Notes: a model not told the origin generated them from the sequence alone. DNA of 64,000 nt from an uncultured Prevotella sp. (GCA_947170725.1 CAMVUM010000008.1:7466-71465), one strand, 5' to 3'; positions 19,016-28,729 are shown, numbered from the stretch's first letter. Numbers and translations are program-made.

Positions 19016-19046
19016 TATCGGATCTCACTTATTGATATATATAAAA

Positions 19047-19088
19047 CGGAGAAGCCGGTCTTTAAGACTTGTTTCTCCGCTTTATTTT
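19047..19088 (+). terminator. thrS terminator
   Basis: CGGAGAA...TTCTCCG stem with inner GTCTT/AAGAC pairing, followed by CTTTATTTT. Confidence 0.6.
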
Positions 19089-19413
19089 GTGTCTTCATAA
19101 TCTTAATGACATGTCTCTGTTGTCAAAATCGCATGTCTCCGTTTTATAAATCCGATTTTCCCATGAATGAAATCCCATGTTTCCATAGCCTAAACGGCAT
19201 GCCCTATTGCCGGTGTACCGGTTTTTGCTTTCGTATTCAGTCAACAAACGGCATCTGTACGGAGAACTCATGTTTATTCCTTGCGACGTTTATTCTCTTT
19301 ATTCTCTTCCGGTAGAGCGTATATTCTGAAAAATAATGGCTCTATAACAATAAATGCTGACAGTAATATTGAAAAAATGTGCGGAATAATTTTGTTAATT
19401 AGTTGAATTGTCG

Positions 19414-19421
19414 TAACTTTG
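19414..19421 (+). promoter_or_regulatory. -7 promoter box (TAACTTTG) for infC-rpmI-rplT
   Basis: Exact TAnnTTTG, 26 nt upstream of the infC ATG. Confidence 0.45.
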
Positions 19422-19446
19422 CACGCGATTTTCATAAAATAGTTGA

Positions 19447-20136
19447 ATGAAGAATGACAGAATAAAGAATCAGTACCGTGTGAACGAACAGATACGTGTA
19501 CGTGAAGTCCGCATTGTGGGTGATAGCGGATCAACAGTGATGCCCACACGCCAGGCTCTTGATATGGCTCGTGACCAAGGTGTCGATCTTGTGGAGATAT
19601 CGCCTAACGCCAACCCGCCCGTTTGTCGTCTCATTGACTATTCAAAGTTCCTCTATCAGCAGAAGAAGCGTGCCAAGGAGATGAAAGCCAAGCAGGTGAA
19701 GGTGGAGGTCAAGGAAATCCGTTTCGGACCCCAGACCGATGAGCACGACTATCAGTTCAAGTTGAAACACGCCAAGGAATTCCTTGAAGAAGGCAACAAG
19801 GTGCGTGCATACGTGTTCTTCCGCGGTCGCTCAATCCTCTTCAAAGAGCAGGGCGAGGTACTTCTGCTTCGTTTTGCCAACGATTTGGAGGAGTGGGGAA
19901 AAGTTGAGTCAATGCCGTCGCTTGAGGGAAAGAAGATGTTCATCTATCTTGCTCCTAAGAAAGCCGGTGTGGCAAAGAAGAGCCAGCAGGCTATGGACCG
20001 CGAGAAAAAAGCGGCTGAGACGAGGGATGCGAAGGTAGCTGCAGACGATGTAGAGAATGTTCCGGCAAACGGAGGCCTTTTCGCGAATGCAAAAATAAGC
20101 GCCGACGCGTTGGAGAAGCTCAAGCAACAGGAATAA
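19447..20136 (+). CDS. infC: Translation initiation factor IF-3 with a Lys/Ala-rich C-terminal extension
   Basis: IF-3 N- and C-domain sequence ([16 protein letters not shown]..., [18 protein letters not shown]). An in-frame TGA immediately upstream fixes the ATG start. Confidence 0.93.
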   Translation: MKNDRIKNQYRVNEQIRVREVRIVGDSGSTVMPTRQALDMARDQGVDLVEISPNANPPVCRLIDYSKFLYQQKKRAKEMKAKQVKVEVKEIRFGPQTDEHDYQFKLKHAKEFLEEGNKVRAYVFFRGRSILFKEQGEVLLLRFANDLEEWGKVESMPSLEGKKMFIYLAPKKAGVAKKSQQAMDREKKAAETRDAKVAADDVENVPANGGLFANAKISADALEKLKQQE

Positions 20137-20216
20137 TAGAAAAAGAATGTGCGTAACGCCCGGTATATGCGTTGCCACAACGTTAATAACAACAAATTAA
20201 TAAAACATTTAAAACA

Positions 20217-20414
20217 ATGCCAAAAGTAAAGACAAATTCCGGCGCAAAGAAGAGATTTCGTTTCACCGGTACGGGTAAGATCAAGAGACATCATGCCTAC
20301 CACAGTCACATTCTGACTAAGAAAACTAAGAAGCAGAAGCGTAATCTGGTTCACCAGGCCATGGTTGACAATGACAACGTTAAGCAGGTTCGTGAAATGC
20401 TGTGTCTCCGTTAA
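20217..20414 (+). CDS. rpmI: 50S ribosomal protein L35
   Basis: 65 aa. [14 protein letters not shown]... is the canonical L35 N-terminus. Confidence 0.93.
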   Translation: MPKVKTNSGAKKRFRFTGTGKIKRHHAYHSHILTKKTKKQKRNLVHQAMVDNDNVKQVREMLCLR

Positions 20415-20447
20415 TCCTAATTGTCGAACGTTTAAAGTAAGAAAATT

Positions 20448-20792
20448 ATGCCAAGATCAGTCAATCACGTTGCTTCAAGAGCAAAGAGAAAGAGAATTTT
20501 AAAGCTCACACGCGGCTATTTCGGAGCCCGCAAGAATGTGTGGACCGTAGCCAAGAACACTTGGGAGAAAGGTCTCACATACGCATATCGTGACCGTCGA
20601 AACAAGAAGCGCAACTTCCGTGCATTGTGGATTCAGCGTATCAATGCTGCCGCTCGTCTGGAAGGTATGAGCTATTCTGTACTTATGGGGGCGCTCAACA
20701 AGGCCGGTATCGAGATTAACCGTAAGGTTCTCGCTGACCTCGCAGTCAACAATCCTGAGGCTTTCAAGGCTATTGTTGAGAAGGTGAAGTAA
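20448..20792 (+). CDS. rplT: 50S ribosomal protein L20
   Basis: 114 aa. [26 protein letters not shown] is the canonical L20 N-terminus. Confidence 0.95.
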   Translation: MPRSVNHVASRAKRKRILKLTRGYFGARKNVWTVAKNTWEKGLTYAYRDRRNKKRNFRALWIQRINAAARLEGMSYSVLMGALNKAGIEINRKVLADLAVNNPEAFKAIVEKVK

Positions 20793-20826
20793 ATTCCCGA
20801 CTCAGAGAGATAAAGGATAAAAAGAC

Positions 20827-20865
20827 AGCCGGGCTGCAATCGTCAGATTGCAGCCCGGCTTTTTC
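20827..20865. terminator. Bidirectional terminator after rplT
   Basis: 14-bp perfect stem AGCCGGGCTGCAAT / ATTGCAGCCCGGCT, flanked by an A-run on the left and T5 on the right. Confidence 0.8.
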
Positions 20866-21003
20866 TATGTATATTTAGGTGTTTTCCAGTCGTTGAGATA
20901 TTGTTTTTCTGCATCTTCGGATGTTGGAGCTATGCCGTATATTCCTCCGTTGGTAGTGGAATGATCTTGTCTTTGTCCGCAATCAAAAATGTCTAATATC
21001 ACC

Positions 21004-21055
21004 ATGCTCCTCCACCGGCAAAGACAAGACTCTGCCTCTGCCGGTGGAGGAGCAT
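21004..21055. other. 17-bp perfect hairpin in the rplT-hemW spacer, with an alternative pairing partner upstream
   Basis: ATGCTCCTCCACCGGCA (21004-21020) pairs with TGCCGGTGGAGGAGCAT (21039-21055). The segment CAAAGACAAG (21019-21028), spanning the stem-loop junction, is perfectly complementary to CTTGTCTTTG at 20966-20975. Confidence 0.5.
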
Positions 21056-21196
21056 ACCGCATATATTTATCGGGGTGCATATATCATTTCAAATGCTGGA
21101 TGAATCATTTGTTTTCATGTCATAGCTGCCGCAAAACCGGCAACAATAATCACACCTCTTCGCTCATCGCTTTTTCCTTTGGCTTCAAAAGCAGTT

Positions 21197-22312
21197 TCAT
21201 ACTTTCATGAGGTCGCTCATTATCATGTCGCTGACAAAGAGGCCGCGTCGGGTCAGCCGCAGGTAGTTGTCGGCCGTGTGTTCCAGCAGGGCGTCTGCTA
21301 TATAGCGCCGGGCGGTGTTGAGGCATCCGTTGAGATATTCCGGCCCGAAATCGCGGGCAATGGAGTCGAGGTTTATACCTTCGCAGGTGCGCAGTCGGAG
21401 CATGACCGTGTCGTTGTAGCGTGTGTCGGAGGTGAGCTCTTCGCGTTCCATCGGAATCTCGCCATGTCCGATGGAATAGATATATTTGTCGATGTCAGCG
21501 ACATTCCATTGACGGCTTGTTCTGTCAAACGAATGTGCTGCGGCGCCAACGCCCATATACGGGATAGCGGTCCAGTAGCTGCTGTTGTGGCGCGAGCGCC
21601 AGCCATGACGGGCGAAATTGCTGATTTCGTAGTGCTCGTAGCCGGCCGCAGCCAGCCTGTCGATAAGCGTGGAATACATAGCGGCGCTCAGCTCTTCGTC
21701 TATTTCCGCAATCTTGCCTTCGCAGAGAATTTTGTGGAGTGGGGTGTTTTCCTCATACATAAGGCTGTAGGCGGAGATATGTTCCACGCCGAGAGCCAGC
21801 GCGAGGGTGATGTCATTGTTCCATTCGTCTATGGTCTCGTCCGGAAAGCCGTACATCAGGTCGACACTGATATTGCCGATGCCCGCTTTGCGGAGAAGGG
21901 TTACGGCGCGGCTGACATCGGCGGAACCGTGGCGGCGGCGAAGGAAGCGAAGCCTGGCGTCGCTGAAAGTCTGTGCCCCCATGCTCACCCTGTTTACGGG
22001 CAGCCGGCCGATGGCGGCGGCATATTCAGGAGTGATGTCGTCCGGATTGCATTCCAGCGTTATCTCGCCGGCCTTGCTGTAATCGATGTTGTTGAAGAGC
22101 CGCTGCAGTTGTTTTTCGCTCAACAAGCTCGGTGTACCTCCACCTATATATATAGTATGTATGTCGTCATGCAGATAATCATTGCGCAGAGCCACCTCGC
22201 GGCACAATGCGTCCACGTATCTGTCGCGCATGCTGTGTCGTGTAGTTGAGAAGAAGCCGCAATAGATACAGCGGCTTTCGCAGAAAGGAATATGGATGTA
22301 TAGTCCTGCCAT
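21197..22312 (-). CDS. hemW: Radical SAM heme chaperone HemW (HemN-like, oxygen-independent coproporphyrinogen oxidase family)
   Basis: N-terminal LYIHIPFCESRCIYCGF (CxxxCxxC) and the HemN C-terminal domain. Length 371 aa. Confidence 0.9.
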   Translation of the reverse strand: MAGLYIHIPFCESRCIYCGFFSTTRHSMRDRYVDALCREVALRNDYLHDDIHTIYIGGGTPSLLSEKQLQRLFNNIDYSKAGEITLECNPDDITPEYAAAIGRLPVNRVSMGAQTFSDARLRFLRRRHGSADVSRAVTLLRKAGIGNISVDLMYGFPDETIDEWNNDITLALALGVEHISAYSLMYEENTPLHKILCEGKIAEIDEELSAAMYSTLIDRLAAAGYEHYEISNFARHGWRSRHNSSYWTAIPYMGVGAAAHSFDRTSRQWNVADIDKYIYSIGHGEIPMEREELTSDTRYNDTVMLRLRTCEGINLDSIARDFGPEYLNGCLNTARRYIADALLEHTADNYLRLTRRGLFVSDMIMSDLMKV

Positions 22313-22328
22313 ATTATGAATTTTGCTG

Positions 22329-22336
22329 CAAAAATA
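22329..22336 (-). promoter_or_regulatory. -7 promoter box (TATTTTTG) for hemW
   Basis: Exact TAnnTTTG on the minus strand, 17 nt upstream of the hemW ATG. Confidence 0.4.
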
Positions 22337-22451
22337 CTAATATTGTTTAATAAGATTGATATTAGGCCCTTTATATTTTGCTCTTTTCACGTTTTTTCTT
22401 TAACTTAGAGGCCGTAAAACAAATAAGTATCAACTTAAATCTATTGACGAT

Positions 22452-24608
22452 ATGAGAGTATATCAGACAAACGAAATCAAGAACATCGCGTTGCTCGGCA
22501 ACGATGGTTCCGGTAAGACAACCCTCACGGAAGCCTTGCTCTACGAGGCAGGTATCATTCAGCGTCGCGGACGTATCACGGCAAAGAATACCGTGAGTGA
22601 TTATTTCCCCGTAGAGCAGGAATACGGATATTCTGTTTTCTCCACCGTCTATCACGTGGAGTGGAACAATAAGAAACTCAACATTATCGACTGTCCCGGT
22701 TCTGACGACTTTGTGGGCGCTGCAATGACGGCACTTAATGTCACCGACACGGCCATTCTGCTGCTCAACGGACAGTACGGACCGGAAGTTGGAACGCAGA
22801 ATCACTTCCGCTATACCGACAAACTAAAGAAACCGGTCATATTTCTTGTCAATCAGCTGGATTCTGAAAAGTGTGACTATCACAATGTTCTGGAGCGCCT
22901 GACCGAAATATATGGTCCTAAAGTTGTTCCTGTTCAGTATCCGCTGAATGAAGGGCCGGGGTTCAACGCACTCATCGACGTGCTTCTGATGAAGAAATAT
23001 TCATGGGGTCCCGAAGGTGGTGCACCCACGATAGAAGATATTCCGGCTGAAGAGATGGAGCGTGCAATGGAAATGCATAAGGCGCTCGTGGAGGCTGCGG
23101 CCGAAAACGACGAGACTCTGATGGAGAAATTCTTTGAAGAGGAAACGCTCACGGAGGATGAAATGCGTGAAGGAATCCGCAAGGGGCTCGTCACACGAAG
23201 TATTTTCCCTGTATTTTGTGTGTGCGCAGGAAAAGACATGGGCGTGCGCCGTCTGATGGAATTCCTTGGCAATGTAGTTCCTTTTGTAGACGAAATGCCC
23301 AAGGTTCACAACACCCGAGGCGAGGAAATAACGACGGCTACAGACGGGGCAACATCGCTCTACTTCTTCAAAACCGGTGTTGAACCTCATATTGGGGAGG
23401 TTTGTTATTTCAAGGTTATGAGCGGATGTGTGAAAACCGGCGACGAACTGACAAACGCAGACCGTGGCTCAAAAGAGCGTTTGGGGCAAATATATGTTTG
23501 CGCTGGTGCCAACCGTCAGCCGGTTGACCAGCTCAATGCGGGCGACATAGGATGCGCCGTTAAGCTGAAAGACGTTAAAACGGGGAATACGCTCAATGGA
23601 AAAGACTGTGAAAACCGTTTCGATTTCATTAAATATCCCAACTCGAAGTTCTCTCGTGCCATTAAGGCTGTGAACGAGGCAGAGACGGAGAAGATGATGG
23701 CGGCCCTGCTGAAGATGCGTCAGGAAGACCCCACGTGGGTGGTGGAGCAGAGCAAGGAATTGCGTCAGATAATAATCCATGGTCAGGGCGAGTTCCATCT
23801 GCGTACGTTGAAGTGGCGTATGGAGAACAACGAGAAGATACAGATAAAGTTTGAAGAACCGAAGATTCCGTATCGTGAGACTCTGACCAAAGCGGCACGT
23901 GCCGACTATCGTCATAAGAAGCAGTCGGGTGGTGCAGGACAGTTCGGTGAGGTTCATCTCATTGTGGAGCCATACGCAGAGGGTATGCCGGATCCTACGG
24001 TGTTTAAGTTTGGCGGTCAGGAATATCGCATGAACATCAAGGGTAAGGAGGAAATCGATCTTGATTGGGGCGGAAAACTCGTGTTCATCAACTCAGTGGT
24101 GGGCGGTGCTATCGACGCCCGATTCATGCCGGCTATATTGAAGGGTGTCATGGAGCGTATGGAGCGTGGTCCGCTGACCGGTAGCTATGCGCGTGATGTC
24201 CGTGTGATAGTGTATGATGGAAAGATGCACCCGGTTGACTCTAATGAGCTTTCGTTTATGCTTGCTGCGCGTAATGCATTCTCGGCTGCATTTAAGGAGG
24301 CTGGCCCGAAGATTCTTGAACCTATTTATGATCTCGAAGTATATGTTCCCGCTGACTTTATGGGCGATGTCATGAGTGATTTGCAGGGGCGTCGTGCTCT
24401 TATCATGGGTATGGACAGTGAGGCCGGATACCAAAAACTGCAGGCTAAGATTCCTCTGAAAGAATTGTCTAACTACAGTATAGCTCTCAGCTCCATCACA
24501 GGAGGACGCGCTTCGTTTACGACGAAATTCGCCAGCTATGAACTTGTGCCGAATGACATACAGCAGCAGCTCATCAAGGAGCATGAAGGTGACGGTGATG
24601 AGGATTGA
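22452..24608 (+). CDS. Elongation factor G paralog (EF-G2 class) with a degenerate GTPase centre
   Basis: 718 aa with the full EF-G five-domain length. G1 is GNDGSGKTT, G3 is DCPGS (canonical DTPGH) and G4 is NQLD (canonical NKMD). Confidence 0.9.
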   Translation: MRVYQTNEIKNIALLGNDGSGKTTLTEALLYEAGIIQRRGRITAKNTVSDYFPVEQEYGYSVFSTVYHVEWNNKKLNIIDCPGSDDFVGAAMTALNVTDTAILLLNGQYGPEVGTQNHFRYTDKLKKPVIFLVNQLDSEKCDYHNVLERLTEIYGPKVVPVQYPLNEGPGFNALIDVLLMKKYSWGPEGGAPTIEDIPAEEMERAMEMHKALVEAAAENDETLMEKFFEEETLTEDEMREGIRKGLVTRSIFPVFCVCAGKDMGVRRLMEFLGNVVPFVDEMPKVHNTRGEEITTATDGATSLYFFKTGVEPHIGEVCYFKVMSGCVKTGDELTNADRGSKERLGQIYVCAGANRQPVDQLNAGDIGCAVKLKDVKTGNTLNGKDCENRFDFIKYPNSKFSRAIKAVNEAETEKMMAALLKMRQEDPTWVVEQSKELRQIIIHGQGEFHLRTLKWRMENNEKIQIKFEEPKIPYRETLTKAARADYRHKKQSGGAGQFGEVHLIVEPYAEGMPDPTVFKFGGQEYRMNIKGKEEIDLDWGGKLVFINSVVGGAIDARFMPAILKGVMERMERGPLTGSYARDVRVIVYDGKMHPVDSNELSFMLAARNAFSAAFKEAGPKILEPIYDLEVYVPADFMGDVMSDLQGRRALIMGMDSEAGYQKLQAKIPLKELSNYSIALSSITGGRASFTTKFASYELVPNDIQQQLIKEHEGDGDED

Positions 24609-24666
24609 CAATAATCCGGATTCTTCGGATCTGAAATTATAAGCAAAAGACTGTAAAAATACCAAT

Positions 24667-24705
24667 GAGCCGCTTATGCTGGATGCGTGAGCGGCTCTTG
24701 ATTTT
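24667..24705 (+). terminator. Terminator after the EF-G paralog
   Basis: GAGCCGCT / AGCGGCTC stem followed by TTGATTTT. Confidence 0.6.
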
Positions 24706-24942
24706 ATTGATGGAGGAGACCGTTTGTGTTGATGAAGTTGATTATTCCAAATAAATCTTTGTCTGTGGGTCGTATAATCAGTTTTCTATAACAGTTTGTC
24801 GCAGATTCGGGTATTTGGATGGAAAAGCGTTTTTTTGGGGATATAGTTGAAAATAAAAAAGTAAACGACGTTATTAGAGTTAACAAGGTTAAATTTAACG
24901 GTTTTTATTAACTAATTCTTTCGTCGTTCTGATAAATTACAT

Positions 24943-24950
24943 TATCTTTG
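24943..24950 (+). promoter_or_regulatory. -7 promoter box (TATCTTTG) only 5 nt upstream of the kinase ATG
   Basis: Exact TAnnTTTG ending at 24950; the ATG is at 24956. Confidence 0.35.
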
Positions 24951-24955
24951 CAACC

Positions 24956-26515
24956 ATGAAGAAGTCAACAATATGGACAATAGCAATAGTGATGGGATTC
25001 TCGTTCCTCGGGCTCCTCTTCCTGCAGCTCTCGTATATCGAGGATATGGCTCGGATGAAGAAAGAGCAATTCGACGAGTCTGTCAATCGTAGTCTGTATC
25101 AGGCTTCGCGCAATCTTGAACTTAACGAGACTTTGCGCTATCTGGAAAAAGACGTAAATGAGACAGAGCGCCGGGCTTTTCAGAGGGATTCCATTCTGAG
25201 TCGTTCGAGACAGCTTGATGCTGAAATACGGCATTCTAATCGTAATGGAAGTGTGGGCGGTGATATGGGCGGTTATTCGTCTGTTCAGCTTAAAACCATA
25301 AACACAAAGCCTTCGACGGTGCCTAAGGCTATGATATTGCGTTCGGACCGTAACTCAATCAGTGCGGCTTCGAAATCGTTTCAGGAAGTTGTTAGAAACA
25401 GATATGTCTATCAGAAAGCATTGCTGGATGAGGTTGTTTATAGCATATTATATACGGCAAGTGAGCGTCCGCTGAAAGAGCGTGTCAATTTTAAATTGCT
25501 GGATCAGGATATCCGGGCAGAATTGCTCAATAACGGAATCAGTGTGCCATATCATCTGACAGTGTCAACTGCTGATGGCCGTGAAGTGTATCGTTGTCCG
25601 GACTATACCGAGGAGGGCGAGGAACATACTTACTCGCAAGTGCTCTTCCGCAACGACCCGTCGTCTAAAATGGGTGTGGTGAGTATCCACTTCCCGGACA
25701 TCAATAACTACATCTTTTCCAGCATACGGTTTATGATACCTTCGGTTGTCTTCACTTGTGTGTTGCTGCTGACTTTCATCTTTACTATTGTGGTTATATT
25801 CAGACAGAAGAGATACACAGAGATAAAGAACGACTTCATAAACAATATGACTCATGAACTGAAGACACCGATAGCCAGTATCTCATTGGCTGCCCAGATG
25901 CTGAATGACGAGAGTGTCGGCAAGAGTGCAACAATGTTGAAGCATCTTGGGGGAGTTATCAATGACGAGTCAAAACGTTTGCGCTTCCTTGTGGAAAAGG
26001 TGCTCCAGATGTCGATGTTTGATCGCAACAAGGTCGTATTTAAGAAAAAGGAGATTGATCTCAACGAATTGGTGGAAAGTACGGCAAACTCCTTCACTCT
26101 GCGTGTAGAGCATACCGGAGGTAAAATATATACTGACATAGAGGCGGTGGATTCGGCTGTATATGTTGATGAAATGCACTTCCAGAATGTGGTGTTCAAT
26201 CTGATGGATAATGCAGTTAAATACCGCAATCCTGACAAACCTCTTGATATATATATGAAGACGTGGAATGACACGGAACGCCTCTACCTCTCTATACGGG
26301 ATACAGGAATGGGAATAAAGAAAGAGAACTTAAAGAAGATATTTGAAAAGTTCTACAGGGTGCATACCGGAAATCTCCATGACGCAAAGGGATTCGGTCT
26401 CGGATTGGCTTACGTCAGAAAGGTGATAGCCCTGCATAAGGGTGAGATTCATGTTGATAGCGAGTTTGGAAAGGGAACAACTTTCATTATCTCGTTGCCA
26501 GTGATAAAGAATTAA
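24956..26515 (+). CDS. Two-component sensor histidine kinase (RprX-like)
   Basis: Two TM segments. H-box MTHELKTPIASI, N-box MDNAVKY, G-boxes RDTGMGI and GFGLGLAYV. Confidence 0.88.
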   Translation: MKKSTIWTIAIVMGFSFLGLLFLQLSYIEDMARMKKEQFDESVNRSLYQASRNLELNETLRYLEKDVNETERRAFQRDSILSRSRQLDAEIRHSNRNGSVGGDMGGYSSVQLKTINTKPSTVPKAMILRSDRNSISAASKSFQEVVRNRYVYQKALLDEVVYSILYTASERPLKERVNFKLLDQDIRAELLNNGISVPYHLTVSTADGREVYRCPDYTEEGEEHTYSQVLFRNDPSSKMGVVSIHFPDINNYIFSSIRFMIPSVVFTCVLLLTFIFTIVVIFRQKRYTEIKNDFINNMTHELKTPIASISLAAQMLNDESVGKSATMLKHLGGVINDESKRLRFLVEKVLQMSMFDRNKVVFKKKEIDLNELVESTANSFTLRVEHTGGKIYTDIEAVDSAVYVDEMHFQNVVFNLMDNAVKYRNPDKPLDIYMKTWNDTERLYLSIRDTGMGIKKENLKKIFEKFYRVHTGNLHDAKGFGLGLAYVRKVIALHKGEIHVDSEFGKGTTFIISLPVIKN

Positions 26516-26557
26516 AAACAGAACAATTTTAGTATTAACACTTAAATAACTACGATT

Positions 26558-27256
26558 ATGGATGAAAATTTGAAAATTCTTCTTTGTGAAGACGATGAGA
26601 ACCTGGGAATGTTGCTTCGTGAATATCTTGCAGCAAAGGGTTACAGCGCAGAGCTTTGTCCTGATGGAGAGGCTGGCTATAAAGCTTTTCTAAAGAGCAA
26701 GTTCGACATCTGTGTGCTTGATGTTATGATGCCTAAGAAGGACGGTTTCACCCTGGCGCAGGAAATTCGTACGGCAAACGCTGAAATCCCAATTATTTTC
26801 CTTACAGCCAAAACACTCAAGGAAGATATTCTGGAAGGCTTCAAGATTGGTGCCGATGACTATATAACCAAGCCTTTCTCCATGGAAGAACTCGTCTTCC
26901 GTATAGAGGCAATCCTCCGTCGTGTGCGCGGAAAGAAGAATAAGGAATGCACTGTATATCACATCGGACGTTTCACATTCGACACTCAGAAGCAGTTGCT
27001 GACTATCGGTGAAAAACAGACAAAGTTGACAACAAAGGAGAACGAACTTCTTGCTCTGCTCTGCAGTCATGCAAACGAAATCCTGCAGCGTGATTTCGCT
27101 CTGAAGACCATCTGGATTGATGACAATTATTTCAATGCACGTTCAATGGATGTCTACATCACAAAGTTGCGCAAGCATCTTAAAGATGATGACCAGATTG
27201 AAATCATCAATATTCATGGCAAGGGCTACAAACTGATTACACCGGAGGAAGAGTAA
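26558..27256 (+). CDS. OmpR-family response regulator (RprY-like)
   Basis: Receiver domain (EDDENL, CVLDVMMPKKDG, LTAK) plus a winged-helix output domain (YITKLRKHL, GKGYKL). Confidence 0.9.
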   Translation: MDENLKILLCEDDENLGMLLREYLAAKGYSAELCPDGEAGYKAFLKSKFDICVLDVMMPKKDGFTLAQEIRTANAEIPIIFLTAKTLKEDILEGFKIGADDYITKPFSMEELVFRIEAILRRVRGKKNKECTVYHIGRFTFDTQKQLLTIGEKQTKLTTKENELLALLCSHANEILQRDFALKTIWIDDNYFNARSMDVYITKLRKHLKDDDQIEIINIHGKGYKLITPEEE

Positions 27257-27328
27257 ACCGGATAGGCAATTGTTGTTGCGGAGAACGGTTGTCTGTGGGC
27301 AATTACCGCAATAATTATGATGGAATTA

Positions 27329-27369
27329 ACGACGGATGCCATATTTAGGGTATGGCATCCGTCGTTTTA
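27329..27369 (+). terminator. Terminator after the two-component operon
   Basis: 15-bp perfect stem ACGACGGATGCCATA / TATGGCATCCGTCGT followed by TTTT. Confidence 0.75.
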
Positions 27370-27445
27370 TGATGTTTTTGTTAGCTATATAGCTGATTTT
27401 CTGGCAAAAGTATTGAAAATATTTGGTTGGATGAAGAAAAAATGC

Positions 27446-27453
27446 TACCTTTG
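27446..27453 (+). promoter_or_regulatory. -7 promoter box (TACCTTTG) for rpsF-rpsR-rplI
   Basis: Exact TAnnTTTG, 44 nt upstream of the rpsF ATG. Confidence 0.5.
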
Positions 27454-27496
27454 CACCGCAATTTTGCAAGTTAACATTTTACATTATTAAAAAAGT

Positions 27497-27841
27497 ATGA
27501 ATCAATACGAAACCGTTTTCATTTTGACTCCCGTTTTGTCTGATGAACAGATGAAGGAAACGGTCGCTAAATTCAAGAAGGTTCTCACCGACAATGGTGC
27601 GGAAATTCTGAATGAAGAGGCTTGGGGACTGAAGAAGATGGCTTATGCTATTCAGAAAAAATCCACCGGCTTCTACTGCCTGATGGAATTCAAGGCTGAG
27701 CCTTCGGTAATTAAGACTCTCGACGTTGCATATCGTCGTGATGAGAAAGTAATTCGCTACATGACTGTAAAGCTTGATAAGTATGCTGCACAGTATGCAG
27801 AGAAGAGAAGAAATAAATTAGGTAAAAAAGAGGAGGCTTAA
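27497..27841 (+). CDS. rpsF: 30S ribosomal protein S6
   Basis: [18 protein letters not shown] is the canonical S6 N-terminus. It is the first gene of the conserved S6-S18-L9 operon. Confidence 0.95.
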   Translation: MNQYETVFILTPVLSDEQMKETVAKFKKVLTDNGAEILNEEAWGLKKMAYAIQKKSTGFYCLMEFKAEPSVIKTLDVAYRRDEKVIRYMTVKLDKYAAQYAEKRRNKLGKKEEA

Positions 27842-27844
27842 ATA

Positions 27845-28111
27845 ATGGCACAAGAATCAGAAATCAGATATTTGACTCCACCTTCAGTGGACACAAAGAA
27901 GAAGAAGTATTGCCGTTTTAAGAAGAGCGGTATCAAATATATCGACTACAAGGATCCTGAGTTCCTCAAGAAGTTCCTTAACGAACAGGGTAAGATTCTT
28001 CCCCGTCGTATTACGGGTACATCTTTGAAGTATCAGCGTCGTGTGGCTCAGGCTGTTAAGCGTGCCCGCCAGATTGCTCTGCTGCCTTACGTAACTGACT
28101 TGATGAAATAA
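27845..28111 (+). CDS. rpsR: 30S ribosomal protein S18
   Basis: KKYCRF...IDYKD...LKKF...[10 protein letters not shown] is the S18 signature. Confidence 0.95.
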   Translation: MAQESEIRYLTPPSVDTKKKKYCRFKKSGIKYIDYKDPEFLKKFLNEQGKILPRRITGTSLKYQRRVAQAVKRARQIALLPYVTDLMK

Positions 28112-28128
28112 TAAGGAGGAGACAGATT

Positions 28129-28656
28129 ATGGAAATAATACTGAAAGAAGATATTATCGGTCTTGGATTTAAGAACGATATCGTGAATGTAAAGCCGGGT
28201 TATGGCCGCAACTATCTCATTCCGCAGGGTAAGGGCGTTATAGCTTCTCCGTCTGCACGCAAAATTCTCGCTGAGAACTTAAAGCAGCAGGCTCACAAAC
28301 TTGCCGCTATCAAGGCAGAGGCAGAGAAGAAGGCTGAGGCTCTGAAGGATGTAGCTATCACAATCTCTGTAAAGGTGAGCGCAACAGGTGTTACTTACGG
28401 TTCTGTGAATGCTGCTCACGTAGCTGAGGAACTGAAGAAGCTCGGTCACGATGTAGACCGCAAGATTATCACCATGCGCGACATTAAGACTGTTGGCGAT
28501 TTTGTTGCAACAGTACACTTCCACAAGGAGGTTCTTGTTGAAATACCCGTAAAGGTTATTGATGAGAATGCTACGGTTGTTGCACCTGAAGCAGAAGTTG
28601 CTGAAGAGGTTGCACCTGCTGTTGAATCAGCAGACGAAGCACCTGTTGCAGAATAA
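28129..28656 (+). CDS. rplI: 50S ribosomal protein L9 with an acidic C-terminal tail
   Basis: MEIILKEDIIGLGFKNDIVNVKPGYGRNYLIP is the L9 N-domain. Extra approx. 30-aa Glu/Ala/Val-rich tail. Confidence 0.93.
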   Translation: MEIILKEDIIGLGFKNDIVNVKPGYGRNYLIPQGKGVIASPSARKILAENLKQQAHKLAAIKAEAEKKAEALKDVAITISVKVSATGVTYGSVNAAHVAEELKKLGHDVDRKIITMRDIKTVGDFVATVHFHKEVLVEIPVKVIDENATVVAPEAEVAEEVAPAVESADEAPVAE

Positions 28657-28692
28657 TCATGCTGTAAAGCAAATCATATTTTATTATACATT

Positions 28693-28729
28693 AAATCCCG
28701 GCCACACCGATGGTCGGGATTTTTTTTTG
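28693..28729 (+). terminator. Terminator after rplI
   Basis: AATCCCGGCC / GGTCGGGATT stem (1 mismatch) followed by T9. Confidence 0.75.

Noticed and set aside
19100-19230. Possible sRNA in the 430-nt thrS-infC spacer, ending at CCGG-tgta-CCGG plus T5
   Set aside because: The stem is only 4-5 bp and no TAnnTTTG box precedes it. This is too weak to call without expression data.
21179-22249. 356-aa plus-strand ORF
   Set aside because: It is entirely antisense to the well-supported hemW gene. The Ala/Gly/Val-rich translation is typical of a shadow frame, and there are no motifs.
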